A stretch of 64,000 bases of DNA from positions 96,001 through 160,000 of IMG/VR virus record IMGVR_UViG_3300020411_003715, one strand, 5' to 3'. The DNA comes from a virus. Shown here piece by piece: positions 46,729 through 56,900 of the stretch (within the stretch, counting starts at the first letter, position 1; every line of letters begins with the position of its first letter). The position numbers and the translations under genes are program-made. The notes beneath the pieces are model-generated. The model had not been told where the DNA came from. It saw only the letters and a list, made by a program, of their open reading frames with translations, and did no database searches.

Positions 46729-49700
46729 ATGGCGCATCTTAAATTAACACATGCTCCGGGAGGACAAACCGGGGACAAGATCTATAACGCTGAGGCCATC
46801 CAGCCGGGGGACCCTACTGAGAAGGTCTCCGTTGTATTCTCACAGGTTGATGACGTCACCAGCGCGCTCTGGACAGGCGGAGACTATTCTAACGATATCG
46901 CGGCTGTAGGGTTTTACATTAACCCATCGTGGAAGCTGTTTGGCCCCGATGGTCCCCCAAGGACACTCTCCGGAGGCACCGGCGAGGTCAACGACCCCAA
47001 AGAGTTCCATCCCCTCACTCCGGGACGATGGCTCGTTCGCGTGGATGCTACTGAGCTTATCCATGGCGGGAATGGGCAGGATGCGGTGGTCGCCGCAGCC
47101 AGCGCGACTTCTTTCTCGGCTTTTATTGAAATTGAAGACCCAAACGTACTCGGTAATATTGATGGCGGCCACCAGGAGTATTCTCCAGGATCCATAGGTA
47201 CGTCATACATGGCCCCTACGGAGCGGAACGAGTTCGACCCCGACGAGGGCTGGTCTCGAAGTGCTGAGCGCTACTTCTCAACCATCACTAAGCAGCTTGG
47301 TAACCGTAGGATACTGTCCGGTAAGGCAACAACTTCGGTCGAGCATGGGGACCTTGTAACGTTTGAGAATTATCGTCGGTGGAAGAACTCCATCGTCGGC
47401 GAAGACCCAGGCGCGCAGCTAAACGAAAATTACTATTACAACTACGCAGTCGAGTTTAGGAAAGTAACGCTTTCAGACCTGGACGGTGGTGACATCCTAG
47501 AGCTGCCACTCTTCATAGCGCTTCAGCCCGCAGGTGTTGGGGAGAGAACGTATGCCCTTGTAGAGGGGACGCTCCCATTTGACACGATAGACATCCTTGG
47601 CGGAGCATCCCCCGGGGACAGGATTTACGCCTCCATCGGGGGCGGGATAACCGCAACAAAGCCAAGCTCGATACAGGGAACTTACCTTGATAGGGTTATT
47701 GGTGAAGTCACGAACTCAGGACACGAGGACGCGCCGGGAATCCCAGGCACCATATTCTTCCACGGTACCACTCCGTGGCTCCCAGGGCTTGTTAGCGGCC
47801 CCCTTGAGAGCACGGACGACGCGCTTGTTCGCTGGGACGGGGTAACTGGCCAAAAAATAAAGAACAGCAAGGTCCTTTTAGAGGATTCAGAGAATCCGGA
47901 ACCTGCTGCCCGGATACTCACAGCAGATTCCCCGAGGGCGCTAACAATCACAACTATGGCCAATCCAGCAGGGCCATCAAGCTCCACTACCGTTAGTGCG
48001 GGAGACTCGTCCGGGGTCCATAACGCTGGGACTGTCTTTGTTTCGGGTGGTGCTGCTGATCAAGGCGACGGTGGTGACATCCAGATTGACGGTGGCGCTT
48101 CTGCGTCAGGAACCGCTGGCCAAGTAAACATCCAGTCTTCGACAGACGCTCCAACCATTGTTGGGTTCTCGGGGATGACGGTATCGTCCCCGTTCACTGT
48201 ATGGGAGTCGGCTCAGGTGCGGTCCTCCGCTTCGGGTGCTGACTTTAGCGTTAATTCCTCTGCCGCAGCAGCAGAGGTACGCGTGGCGGGGACCACGGTG
48301 TCTCGGCTCACGCTTATATCCCCCGAAGACGTCTTGGTTGGGCTCATCTCAGCCAACGACAAGAACCCGGCCATAAAGTTTTACGACTATGATGCACCCG
48401 CAACCGAGCTGGGCAGCATTATTTATAATAAGGCGGTAAATCACACTGGTGACTACTTGTCTTTCGGGGTGGCCGCTCCAGGTCCCCCGCTAACCGTTGA
48501 AGAGATACTCAAGCTGTACGCGGCGTACGCAGTGGTGGAGGGTAATCTTGAAGTAAACGGTGAGCTTGCCGCAGACTCAGCGGCCATCGGCGGAGCAGGC
48601 GAGGCTGGAAAAACGCTCGTGGTTCATGGTGATGTGAAGATCACAGGACTCATTGACCCAACAGGAATGGTCTTTGACGAGCAGGACCCCGCAAACCCTC
48701 CTCACGACCCAACCATAGCTGGCACAGAGGGCTTAATTTATGTGGCCCAGAGCGGGAACGCTGCTGTCCCCAACACGCTTAGGTGGATAAATAACCTTGG
48801 CACCGAAGTAGACATCAGCAAAGACGCTGTTAAGACTACGGCCACGTCTACAGACATGGCGATTGCTAGCTGGAGCGGTACCGGCGGAGACCAGCTTCAG
48901 AACACACGCATTCTCATTGATCATGTTAACAGCACGTACCCTTCCATAAGCACAGACCCCAACGAGGCTTTGGTTGATGCGGACAATAACGGGGTGTGGG
49001 ATGGAACACCTTCACTCCTGATCCAAAGCGCTGACGCGGTCGACCTTGATGGCACACCGATAAAAACGGGTGACCTCCACCTCAAAACGGGTCAGCCGTG
49101 GATAAATGCTGCGAACCAAGTGGTTTCGTCTGCTGGCGACGTGCTTATCAACCCAGGCCCCGGAGTCGGGGAGGATTGGAACTCTGCCTCTGCCGATGAA
49201 AGAGCGGGTGGCGGTAGCGCAAAAGTCGAAGCGGGCGGCTCCGTGCACATGCACGCCAAGGGCGGCGAGGTGTCCCTGAAGGGTGGTCTCCACAGAGGTG
49301 GGTTGATCCGGGATCAAGTGGGGAACGTAGATCCTTCAAACCCCAATCACGGAATAGGTGAGGGCGGCAAGGTATCGGTTGCGGGAGGCATCGGCAACAC
49401 AGGCGGTCCCGTCCTCATCAAGGGTGGAGACTCTGTAGTAGATGAATCAAATGACCAGCCCGGAATCGGTCCCGGTGGTGATGTTGAAATATCCGCTGGT
49501 AAGGGCGGTATCTGGGAAAACCACAATCAGAGCACAACAACCATACACGGGGAGACCCTAAGTGGCGGGTCGGTAACGATATCTGCTGGAGATTCTACGG
49601 CCTCCGTTGATGACGGTAACGGGGGAGGTAACCCAGGAGATCCGCTAAACAGATACGGCGGCGTAGGTGGTGGCGTCATCATAACCGGTGGTGATGCTGG

Positions 49701-52470
49701 GTACGGCACCGGTGGTCTGGGCGCAGAAACAAATGCTGGCGGAGTGATAGCAAAGCACGGACATGGTGGTGACATCACGATTAGGTCCGGAAAGGGCGAC
49801 CATTTCGGTCCTGGCGGTAGTATCCACATCCGGACGCAGCACACGCACGTGCATGACCCTAATGATATACAGGGAGTGCCTCAAGGCCAGGGCGCTGTTG
49901 GGGACATCAACGTTGTTGCGGGCGACAGTGTTGCGGGCTCTCTGCACCGCGTCATGGGCGGCGATGTGAATATTGCTGCTGGTAAGGCAGGCTTAAACAG
50001 TAAGGCGGTAAATAAATATAATGATGGTAATAACAATCTAGCCGGGACGGCTGGCGGTAACGTTATCATCAGACCCGGTGAGCCTGATTGGGATGGCGCG
50101 GGTCCCGACTTCAATTGGCCCAAGATAGTAAACCCCGGACAACCAAACAATGGCGAACTTCAGGGCCCTTGGCCTTCAGTTATAGCTCTCGACCCCGATA
50201 AACGCGGTATGGTTTCTATCGGCGCTGACCACTTCAACGGCCTAACAGATCAGGGAGCGAACGGAGGGTTCTTTCAGAACGGGTCTATGCTTTGCTTTGG
50301 GCGGGTTCCAAGTCTATTTGTAGACGGCTTAGTTAAGTTTACAGACCTTATTGATCCGACAGGACTCACCCTGACCCCGCAGACCGAAAACCCTGCGCTG
50401 GTGCACTTAAGCTCTTCGGAGCGAACAGAGTTTGCGGACGAGGCAGCCGCAACGCTATGGATGCACTCTGACTACAATGGGCAGGGCCAAACGCTGATGA
50501 TCGGCGACGCCCCTGTGGGCACCGGCGGGGGCGGAGGCGGCGGAGGCGGAACAACAAACGTTGTGGCTCCCTTTGCCTACGCAGCGATGGAGCCCGGATC
50601 TCCTAACAGCAACGACTCCGGAACAGGGACAGGGGTGTCTTGGACGTGGAATGCCACCACTGACACCTTCAGTGTGACCTTTGACACGGCGCGAGCGGAC
50701 ACTTCCTACGTAGTTGTTACGGACGAAGAGTTCGCTGATGGTACTGGTTCTCGATACATGATGGTGCAGAACAAGGCCACCACTGGTTTTGAAGTCAAGA
50801 TGTATGGCGGCACAGGTCCTATGGGCGCGGGTGACGCTAAGGTCGTGATGGTTTACGGGGCGACCCCCACGATTGCCGTAGGCGGTGGCGGAAGTGGCGG
50901 AAGCGGAACCGACACAAACGGCTCCATATTCATACACTCGCTCACCCCGGACACCGGTAATATTGGCGTTACAACTGCTGAGAACAACACGCGTCTGTCC
51001 GGAGCGGTCGCGGATGCGAGCGTTAGTCAAATAACCGTTGGGGTGTTTGCTTATCCTGGCGGCCAAAACGTTAGACCCAACGCTACGGTTAACGGGCAGG
51101 CGGTAACTTGGAGCACAAATCCTAGCCAGAACCTGACTACATATTTTGGTACTGCGGTTGTTACGATGAACTCGGGGGACATTGTCGCTACACACGAGGA
51201 CGGAGCGACCCACACGATTACCGTGACGTCTGACCCTGCACCAGTTATATCGGCCACCCGCTTTCAGGGGTCGTACCCAGGCTCTCAGACAGAGCTTAAG
51301 GCGGGCGATACGTTTGATCTCTCTGTATCAGCGGATATTGCTTTCGACCGAATAGAGGTTGAGAACAGTGGGGCGGCTACAGGGTACACATGGACAGGCC
51401 TGAACACTTCGAGCCATACCGTATCAATCACAGTTGCCGATCGAGGCAACACCACCCAGGCCCTACCGGTTCGGGTAAGGGTAAGAAAGAGCACGGGTAC
51501 CTGGAGTTCATGGGTATACACAAACCAGGGCGGAAGCGTTGATGCAGTCAATGTTGTTAACTTAAATAACACGTACCCATCCGTAGAGTCTTTGTCGCAG
51601 GCGGACATTACATACCCGTCTGGACAGGAGGCGATTAAGGATTCTGAATCTGTCGATATCGACGCACTGTGTACGGATTTCGACACAATTTCTTACACAA
51701 GCCCGAATGGACAAATCAGCATCCCAAGCCCAAGCTCGTATGCCCGTGTTAAGACGGTCAGTAGAGCTTCTGGTGGGTACAACCTAAGCTCTACCAATTA
51801 CAGGGTCACGGCCACACGCACAGCCAACAATGCTACTACAACCAGGAATCTTGTTGTATACATAGCTCATGACGACCCGACGATAACAATGTCGTCTGCA
51901 CAGTATCTCAGAAGCGGTGGTGCGGACGGAACATCGGAACAGAGCCATACAATAACGATGACAAGTAACCAGCAACTATTAGGGTCCGCAGCACCGAGCA
52001 TAACTGATCCGCCGGCTGGTGGCGGAACTTGGTCCGGGACTTTTGGAACAGGAGCGGGCCCAACATACACAAGAACCCTTTTGGTAAATGACTCAGACCT
52101 GAAGGGTAATTATTCGTACGGAACGCTTAGCGGGGTTGTGAATAAGGCCGGGAGGGTTGTTACCGCCTACACCGGAAGCAACACGTTTTATACATTACGA
52201 GGCTTTGTGAGCAGAACAATCACCTTGGCAGCATTTGCAAATGAGGCCACTATGAACGTTCGAGCCATAAACTACTCAAATGTTGTGCTGTCTTGGAGCG
52301 CAAAGTCGCTCCCCAACAAGGAGGCCGTGGGTACAACCACGACACCAATGGCTGATAGCTGGTGTCTGGATGCGTTGGACTCAAATCCCACCACGATCCG
52401 AATATTGGATACCGGAGCTACAGGCTCCAGTTCTGCGCCGACGCAGATTACAATTGAGGAGACTGTCTAA
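46729..52470 (+). CDS. Long tail fibre with Gly-rich GGxVxIxxG repeats
   Basis: AGGAG RBS; many GG-x-V/I-x-I-x-A/G-G units; duplicated STDxAxxxWxGxxGxxxxN and LIDPTG motifs; poly-Gly linkers. Confidence 0.75.
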   Translation: MAHLKLTHAPGGQTGDKIYNAEAIQPGDPTEKVSVVFSQVDDVTSALWTGGDYSNDIAAVGFYINPSWKLFGPDGPPRTLSGGTGEVNDPKEFHPLTPGRWLVRVDATELIHGGNGQDAVVAAASATSFSAFIEIEDPNVLGNIDGGHQEYSPGSIGTSYMAPTERNEFDPDEGWSRSAERYFSTITKQLGNRRILSGKATTSVEHGDLVTFENYRRWKNSIVGEDPGAQLNENYYYNYAVEFRKVTLSDLDGGDILELPLFIALQPAGVGERTYALVEGTLPFDTIDILGGASPGDRIYASIGGGITATKPSSIQGTYLDRVIGEVTNSGHEDAPGIPGTIFFHGTTPWLPGLVSGPLESTDDALVRWDGVTGQKIKNSKVLLEDSENPEPAARILTADSPRALTITTMANPAGPSSSTTVSAGDSSGVHNAGTVFVSGGAADQGDGGDIQIDGGASASGTAGQVNIQSSTDAPTIVGFSGMTVSSPFTVWESAQVRSSASGADFSVNSSAAAAEVRVAGTTVSRLTLISPEDVLVGLISANDKNPAIKFYDYDAPATELGSIIYNKAVNHTGDYLSFGVAAPGPPLTVEEILKLYAAYAVVEGNLEVNGELAADSAAIGGAGEAGKTLVVHGDVKITGLIDPTGMVFDEQDPANPPHDPTIAGTEGLIYVAQSGNAAVPNTLRWINNLGTEVDISKDAVKTTATSTDMAIASWSGTGGDQLQNTRILIDHVNSTYPSISTDPNEALVDADNNGVWDGTPSLLIQSADAVDLDGTPIKTGDLHLKTGQPWINAANQVVSSAGDVLINPGPGVGEDWNSASADERAGGGSAKVEAGGSVHMHAKGGEVSLKGGLHRGGLIRDQVGNVDPSNPNHGIGEGGKVSVAGGIGNTGGPVLIKGGDSVVDESNDQPGIGPGGDVEISAGKGGIWENHNQSTTTIHGETLSGGSVTISAGDSTASVDDGNGGGNPGDPLNRYGGVGGGVIITGGDAGYGTGGLGAETNAGGVIAKHGHGGDITIRSGKGDHFGPGGSIHIRTQHTHVHDPNDIQGVPQGQGAVGDINVVAGDSVAGSLHRVMGGDVNIAAGKAGLNSKAVNKYNDGNNNLAGTAGGNVIIRPGEPDWDGAGPDFNWPKIVNPGQPNNGELQGPWPSVIALDPDKRGMVSIGADHFNGLTDQGANGGFFQNGSMLCFGRVPSLFVDGLVKFTDLIDPTGLTLTPQTENPALVHLSSSERTEFADEAAATLWMHSDYNGQGQTLMIGDAPVGTGGGGGGGGGTTNVVAPFAYAAMEPGSPNSNDSGTGTGVSWTWNATTDTFSVTFDTARADTSYVVVTDEEFADGTGSRYMMVQNKATTGFEVKMYGGTGPMGAGDAKVVMVYGATPTIAVGGGGSGGSGTDTNGSIFIHSLTPDTGNIGVTTAENNTRLSGAVADASVSQITVGVFAYPGGQNVRPNATVNGQAVTWSTNPSQNLTTYFGTAVVTMNSGDIVATHEDGATHTITVTSDPAPVISATRFQGSYPGSQTELKAGDTFDLSVSADIAFDRIEVENSGAATGYTWTGLNTSSHTVSITVADRGNTTQALPVRVRVRKSTGTWSSWVYTNQGGSVDAVNVVNLNNTYPSVESLSQADITYPSGQEAIKDSESVDIDALCTDFDTISYTSPNGQISIPSPSSYARVKTVSRASGGYNLSSTNYRVTATRTANNATTTRNLVVYIAHDDPTITMSSAQYLRSGGADGTSEQSHTITMTSNQQLLGSAAPSITDPPAGGGTWSGTFGTGAGPTYTRTLLVNDSDLKGNYSYGTLSGVVNKAGRVVTAYTGSNTFYTLRGFVSRTITLAAFANEATMNVRAINYSNVVLSWSAKSLPNKEAVGTTTTPMADSWCLDALDSNPTTIRILDTGATGSSSAPTQITIEETV

Positions 52471-53090
52471 TGGGAGTGTCAGAGAACGCTTTTGAGATCG
52501 AGCGCCGACAAATAGCATGGTCTCCACTAACGACCCTTAACGATACCGTTACGTCGCTTCTGTACGATGGGGACCCGAACCAAGTAAGTTCGTCGGGGAC
52601 CGACGGCGAGCAGTGGTTATACACTCTTCCTATTGGGCAGTTTTACAAGCAATCAGACGCAACCCTTTGGTGGAAGTCCGCTTCGCCCAACACGTGGGTT
52701 AAGGTTATACAGAACACGACTGGATCTGGCGGGGCCGTCTACCACTCTGTAACGTCGCTTACGTCCTCGAACGTTACCACCGGGGACACTATCGGAAGCG
52801 CAGACTACACGTATTCTGTCACAAGCTCTGATTACTATATAGGTGTAGATAGCGGGTCAATTCTGTCAACGAGCCAAACATTAGCCATAGACCTGCCCCA
52901 GCCTACCGCCCAAGAGGCGGGCAGGACCATAGTGATAAAGGACGCAATACCAAACGTGGTGAACGGTATCGTCAACATAAGGGCTTATTCAGGAACGTTT
53001 GTCGACGGGGTAAGCACGTACCAGCTTAATTCGGTTCCGAGAGCTTCGGTAACCCTGTATACTGATGGGTCCAACTACTATGTTGTGTGA
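52470..53090 (+). CDS. Short fibre / fibre-tip-like protein
   Basis: TAATG overlap; YSVTSSDYYIGVD...IDLP...AGRTIVIKDA...ASVTLYTDGSNYYVV, a C-terminal module common in phage fibre proteins. Confidence 0.6.
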   Translation: MGVSENAFEIERRQIAWSPLTTLNDTVTSLLYDGDPNQVSSSGTDGEQWLYTLPIGQFYKQSDATLWWKSASPNTWVKVIQNTTGSGGAVYHSVTSLTSSNVTTGDTIGSADYTYSVTSSDYYIGVDSGSILSTSQTLAIDLPQPTAQEAGRTIVIKDAIPNVVNGIVNIRAYSGTFVDGVSTYQLNSVPRASVTLYTDGSNYYVV

Positions 53091-53251
53091 CAGTCTTAGA
53101 GTATTAACCTGTAATGAAAACAGGAAAAACTTTTTACTACACAACGTTCTCAATCCATTAAGAGGGCTATATGATGATTGTGGCGGAACTAATGGCTCGA
53201 CTAAATACGCAGCCCTAGGTAGTTTAGGGCCAAGCCGAGGGGTTTAGAGAA

Positions 53252-53911
53252 ATGATTTTATCCGAAAAACTAGAGCCGACAATTAATGTGGCGGTCGCAG
53301 TCTTCTCTAAAGATGGGGAGCTGCTTGATCAAAGGCTCGGCCATAACGTATTCACGAACACGGGAAGGAATTGGCTTGCACGGTTGGTCGGTTCAGACGG
53401 GTATTCTTTCGACCCCCCAAGCCCCCACAGAACCGACAAAATAATGTATATAGGTTTCGGCTGTGGCGGTGCTCTGCAGTCAGATAGCAACTTCGCCACG
53501 GGGCAGACCGAGCTTGTCACAGTCACCGCTCTGCAGGACCCCGTTCCAGTAAGTATCGATGTGAACCAACGACTTTATCTAAAGCGCGTAGATGACCAAA
53601 AGAATAACTCAGTTTACTTCCCTGGTGATTTTAGAACGCGGTTCATTGTTGACATTGCTGAGGACGAGCTTTCGTTTGCAGGAAATGTCACGAGAGTGTC
53701 TAATGTTGAAGTGGGCACAAGCGTACCAATTTCTGAAGCAGGTCTTTATTTAAGCTCCGCAGATCCCAGGTTTACTCACGACGCAAACCCTCCGCTCCCG
53801 AACGAGGCGGACCCGGCAGCGCCCAATTATTTGGTTGCGTATAATATTTTTGACCCTATCCACATTACGCCCAATGTTATTTTGCGGATAGAGTGGGAAC
53901 TGCGCTTCTAA
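53252..53911 (+). CDS. Baseplate/fibre-attachment protein (tail-collar-fibre N-terminal-like)
   Basis: HNVFTNTGRNWLARLVG, YIGFGCGG, PISEAGLY, IHITPNVILRIEWELRF. Confidence 0.6.
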   Translation: MILSEKLEPTINVAVAVFSKDGELLDQRLGHNVFTNTGRNWLARLVGSDGYSFDPPSPHRTDKIMYIGFGCGGALQSDSNFATGQTELVTVTALQDPVPVSIDVNQRLYLKRVDDQKNNSVYFPGDFRTRFIVDIAEDELSFAGNVTRVSNVEVGTSVPISEAGLYLSSADPRFTHDANPPLPNEADPAAPNYLVAYNIFDPIHITPNVILRIEWELRF

Positions 53912-53923
53912 GGAGTCTAAGGT

Positions 53924-56900
53924 ATGTCATACAAATATTTTGGTAGATTAGCGGGCGGGATCCCAACGGCGAAGCAGGCCCTTAAAGAGACAGCGCCCCC
54001 GAATACAAAGACGCCATTCAACGCACAAGCGCCCGCAACAAAATTTCTTGCGTACGGTGAGGATGCTACAAGTTTAGCCTTCAACAGGGCATTTGCGGCC
54101 CTTTCCGCAAACGCTGATTATTTAGCGCACGTCTTAGACTCTCCGACAGTAAAGGACGTCACCCTTTCACCCACAAGGCAAACTGCTGTCTCGGCGGGCA
54201 ACGATACACCTGACGATATAGCGCTAGGGCCCGAGGGCTATTACGAGAGCGGGTTATCAACGTTATCTGGCGGGACGTCTAGCGCTTCTTCCCTGGTCCA
54301 CCTTCTGGACACATCAAACGGCGCTGGGGGAGAGTCAAAAACGCCGATCACGTGGGTTTACCTCGGACTTCACAAATCCAAAATTGGTAGCAACGTACAG
54401 TTCTACCAGACCTCCCCAAACACCCTTCACCATAGCTACTCTAGTTCCTACACGGGCACCGCCCACGTTGGTCCACAAGTGGGGGGTGTCGGTGGGCTTA
54501 GTGATCCATACGCGACACATACAACTACTCCGATTGACGCATACAGAAACTCTGCGGATGCCAACGCGGGAGTTTCCTATTGGTCGATGGATTACAAGCT
54601 CGGCGGCGACCAGAAGTATCTCGCTAATGTCTCTGAGGGCATGCCCATCCACGTGCCACCCATTCAGAGAATCAAGGCCCAGGTCACCCCGTACGCTGGT
54701 GACTGGAAGGCTGTAAACATTTATAAGTTTGATTCTGACGGGGTGTACCTACAGGACCATACATTTTCTGAGCTTTTTCTCCGCCCCGGTTGCTTTGTTG
54801 AGATTTCGGGGGATGGGGACGAGCATGTAAACCATGGGAACAATGGTCTCTTCCAGATAGCTTCTGTGATCGGGAGCGACCATAAGCCTGCAGACGGAGG
54901 ACAGGGAGACAAGGCGATCCTTACCCGTGGTGGCTTATGTCGAGTCACGGTTCGCGATTGGCGCGTTTTCGGTCGCGGGGAGATGGTCTCTTGGGCCAGC
55001 GCACCGAATCATAACGTAGACGTGAACAAACCGGGCGAGCGAGATAACTACGCCTATGTGGCCTACATTGTCCCCCGACCAGATATCGAGGTGGCTCCAG
55101 CATCGGGAGATTATCCTGGCGACCTATATTTATCGGCGCACAGCGCGCTAGACGACTTTAAGCATGGGGACTCCGGCCGTAGAATCGGAAGCCCGTCCAA
55201 TGCAGGGTCCGCTAGGTACGAAGGTATTGGGAACGCCGGATTCGGGACGCTGGACCCAGAAGATCCAGTGAAAGACCATCTCGGAAATGAGATAAATAAC
55301 GCGCTACAAAACCACGGAATTCTTCCTGGCACTCGGCTTTATCACGGCCACGCACACTTCTACCCAGACCAGTCCCCATGGAACCTTCCCGCAGAGTACG
55401 CTAGTGCATACTCTGACGTTCTCTCAAAAGCTGAGGGAGGGGCAATCGTAGGTCCGGGAGAGCCTGTTGTCTTTGATACAACTACTGCGGCAGGCCGCGT
55501 GTGGCCATGCTCCCCTGCTGGATTTTCGCTCAACCCGTCTTTCCATATGCCGGACGATAATCAGCTAAGAAATGCTGACTACATGGTAGCGGCAAAGACT
55601 CTTACAACGGTAAGAGAATCACTTATCGAGTCTTCTGTTTCCGCCGGAGGCGTTAACACTTTTGGGATAAATAGCCCTAAAGAAGCACTGCTGGATAAGT
55701 GGTTAAAATACGTTAAGTACGGCTCAGTCACTGTCGCTAACGCAAACGCTGACGACCTCATGCATGGGTCGGATAAGCTCATCGGTTCCCAAGCTCTTGG
55801 CAAAGTGGTCGCCCCCAGGCACGATAACTTGAACGACGCATGGGCTCCAACTGCAACGCTTTTGGGTGCGGACCTTTGGGAGGTGACGGTCGTACTCGAT
55901 TCGACGGCTGGTCCCGCCGTTGGTGATCAAACTACGTTTGAGTCTCACTACGCGAGCTGGAAGGCTCTCGGCAACAATAACATATGGCCCACTATCGGAA
56001 ATTCTCATGAACTGGCCTTTTGGGATGTATCCCAGCCCTACATGGACGGTTTCCTGGGGGTAGACGCTGGTAGCGAGAGGACACACACCAAGGCGCGAAT
56101 CGTAGCCGTAGACGGGAACAAGGTCACCTTTGCCAACGTCTTCAGGGCCCCAACATCTTTTAATTCTAACAATACCTTCTCTCACTATCACCTCCATGAC
56201 GGGTGGACGGAGAATAAAAAGCTCTGGCCGATAACAGACCAGGGCGACAAATCAAAAATCAAATTTAACATAGCTGGCTCGTACGCTATTTATAAGGTCG
56301 AGCAGATACACAAGGCCCCCGTTACGGACAATCTTGTTGGCAACCTCTCTATTCCGAGAACAGGTCTCGATGGGATATACAACAATAGCCTTTCTGCCAA
56401 CCCAGCTCTCCGCGGAGACTTGGGTACCGCCGGTGCCGATAACATACATGTAGCGTCCGGAACAGGTAATGAGGTTTGGGTAAATCCGGCAAGGCCCATT
56501 ACGTTAATACTTCCTGGCGGGGACGAGCTTGACGGCCTAACAAAGCACCCGCATGAGTGGGCTAGCGGTAAGGGGGAGGTCGGCCTACTCACCAAGAACA
56601 ACAATAAATATTATGCCGTAATGGCAAGAATGACCCGGCGGTATGCGTCGGGGGACGTTCAGAACTTACTCCATTCGAACGACCAGACTACTTCGTGGAA
56701 TGACGGCGAATTCTCTCTCGGTGAGCCGAGGCTTGAGATCTCTTGGCGTTACGGAAGCTCACATGCCCACAGGCTTACGCACGGATGGTTTAACGCTAAC
56801 TCTGACGGAAATGAGTACGCACCATCCTCCTGGAAGGGTCTCGCTGGGACGCACCTGTTCACATATTCCGAGTCCATGGTCGGTGGGTATGACAAGTCTA

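Noticed and set aside
50455-51213. 252-aa antisense ORF (and the many other 60-200-aa antisense or alternate-frame ORFs)
   Set aside because: Nested in long coherent + strand genes, with Arg/Ser/Cys-rich shadow composition and no RBS support.
53108-53124. CCTGT-N7-ACAGG hairpin in the 160-bp gap after the short fibre gene
   Set aside because: The 5-bp stem is weak and has no adjacent U-tract, which is insufficient for a terminator call.
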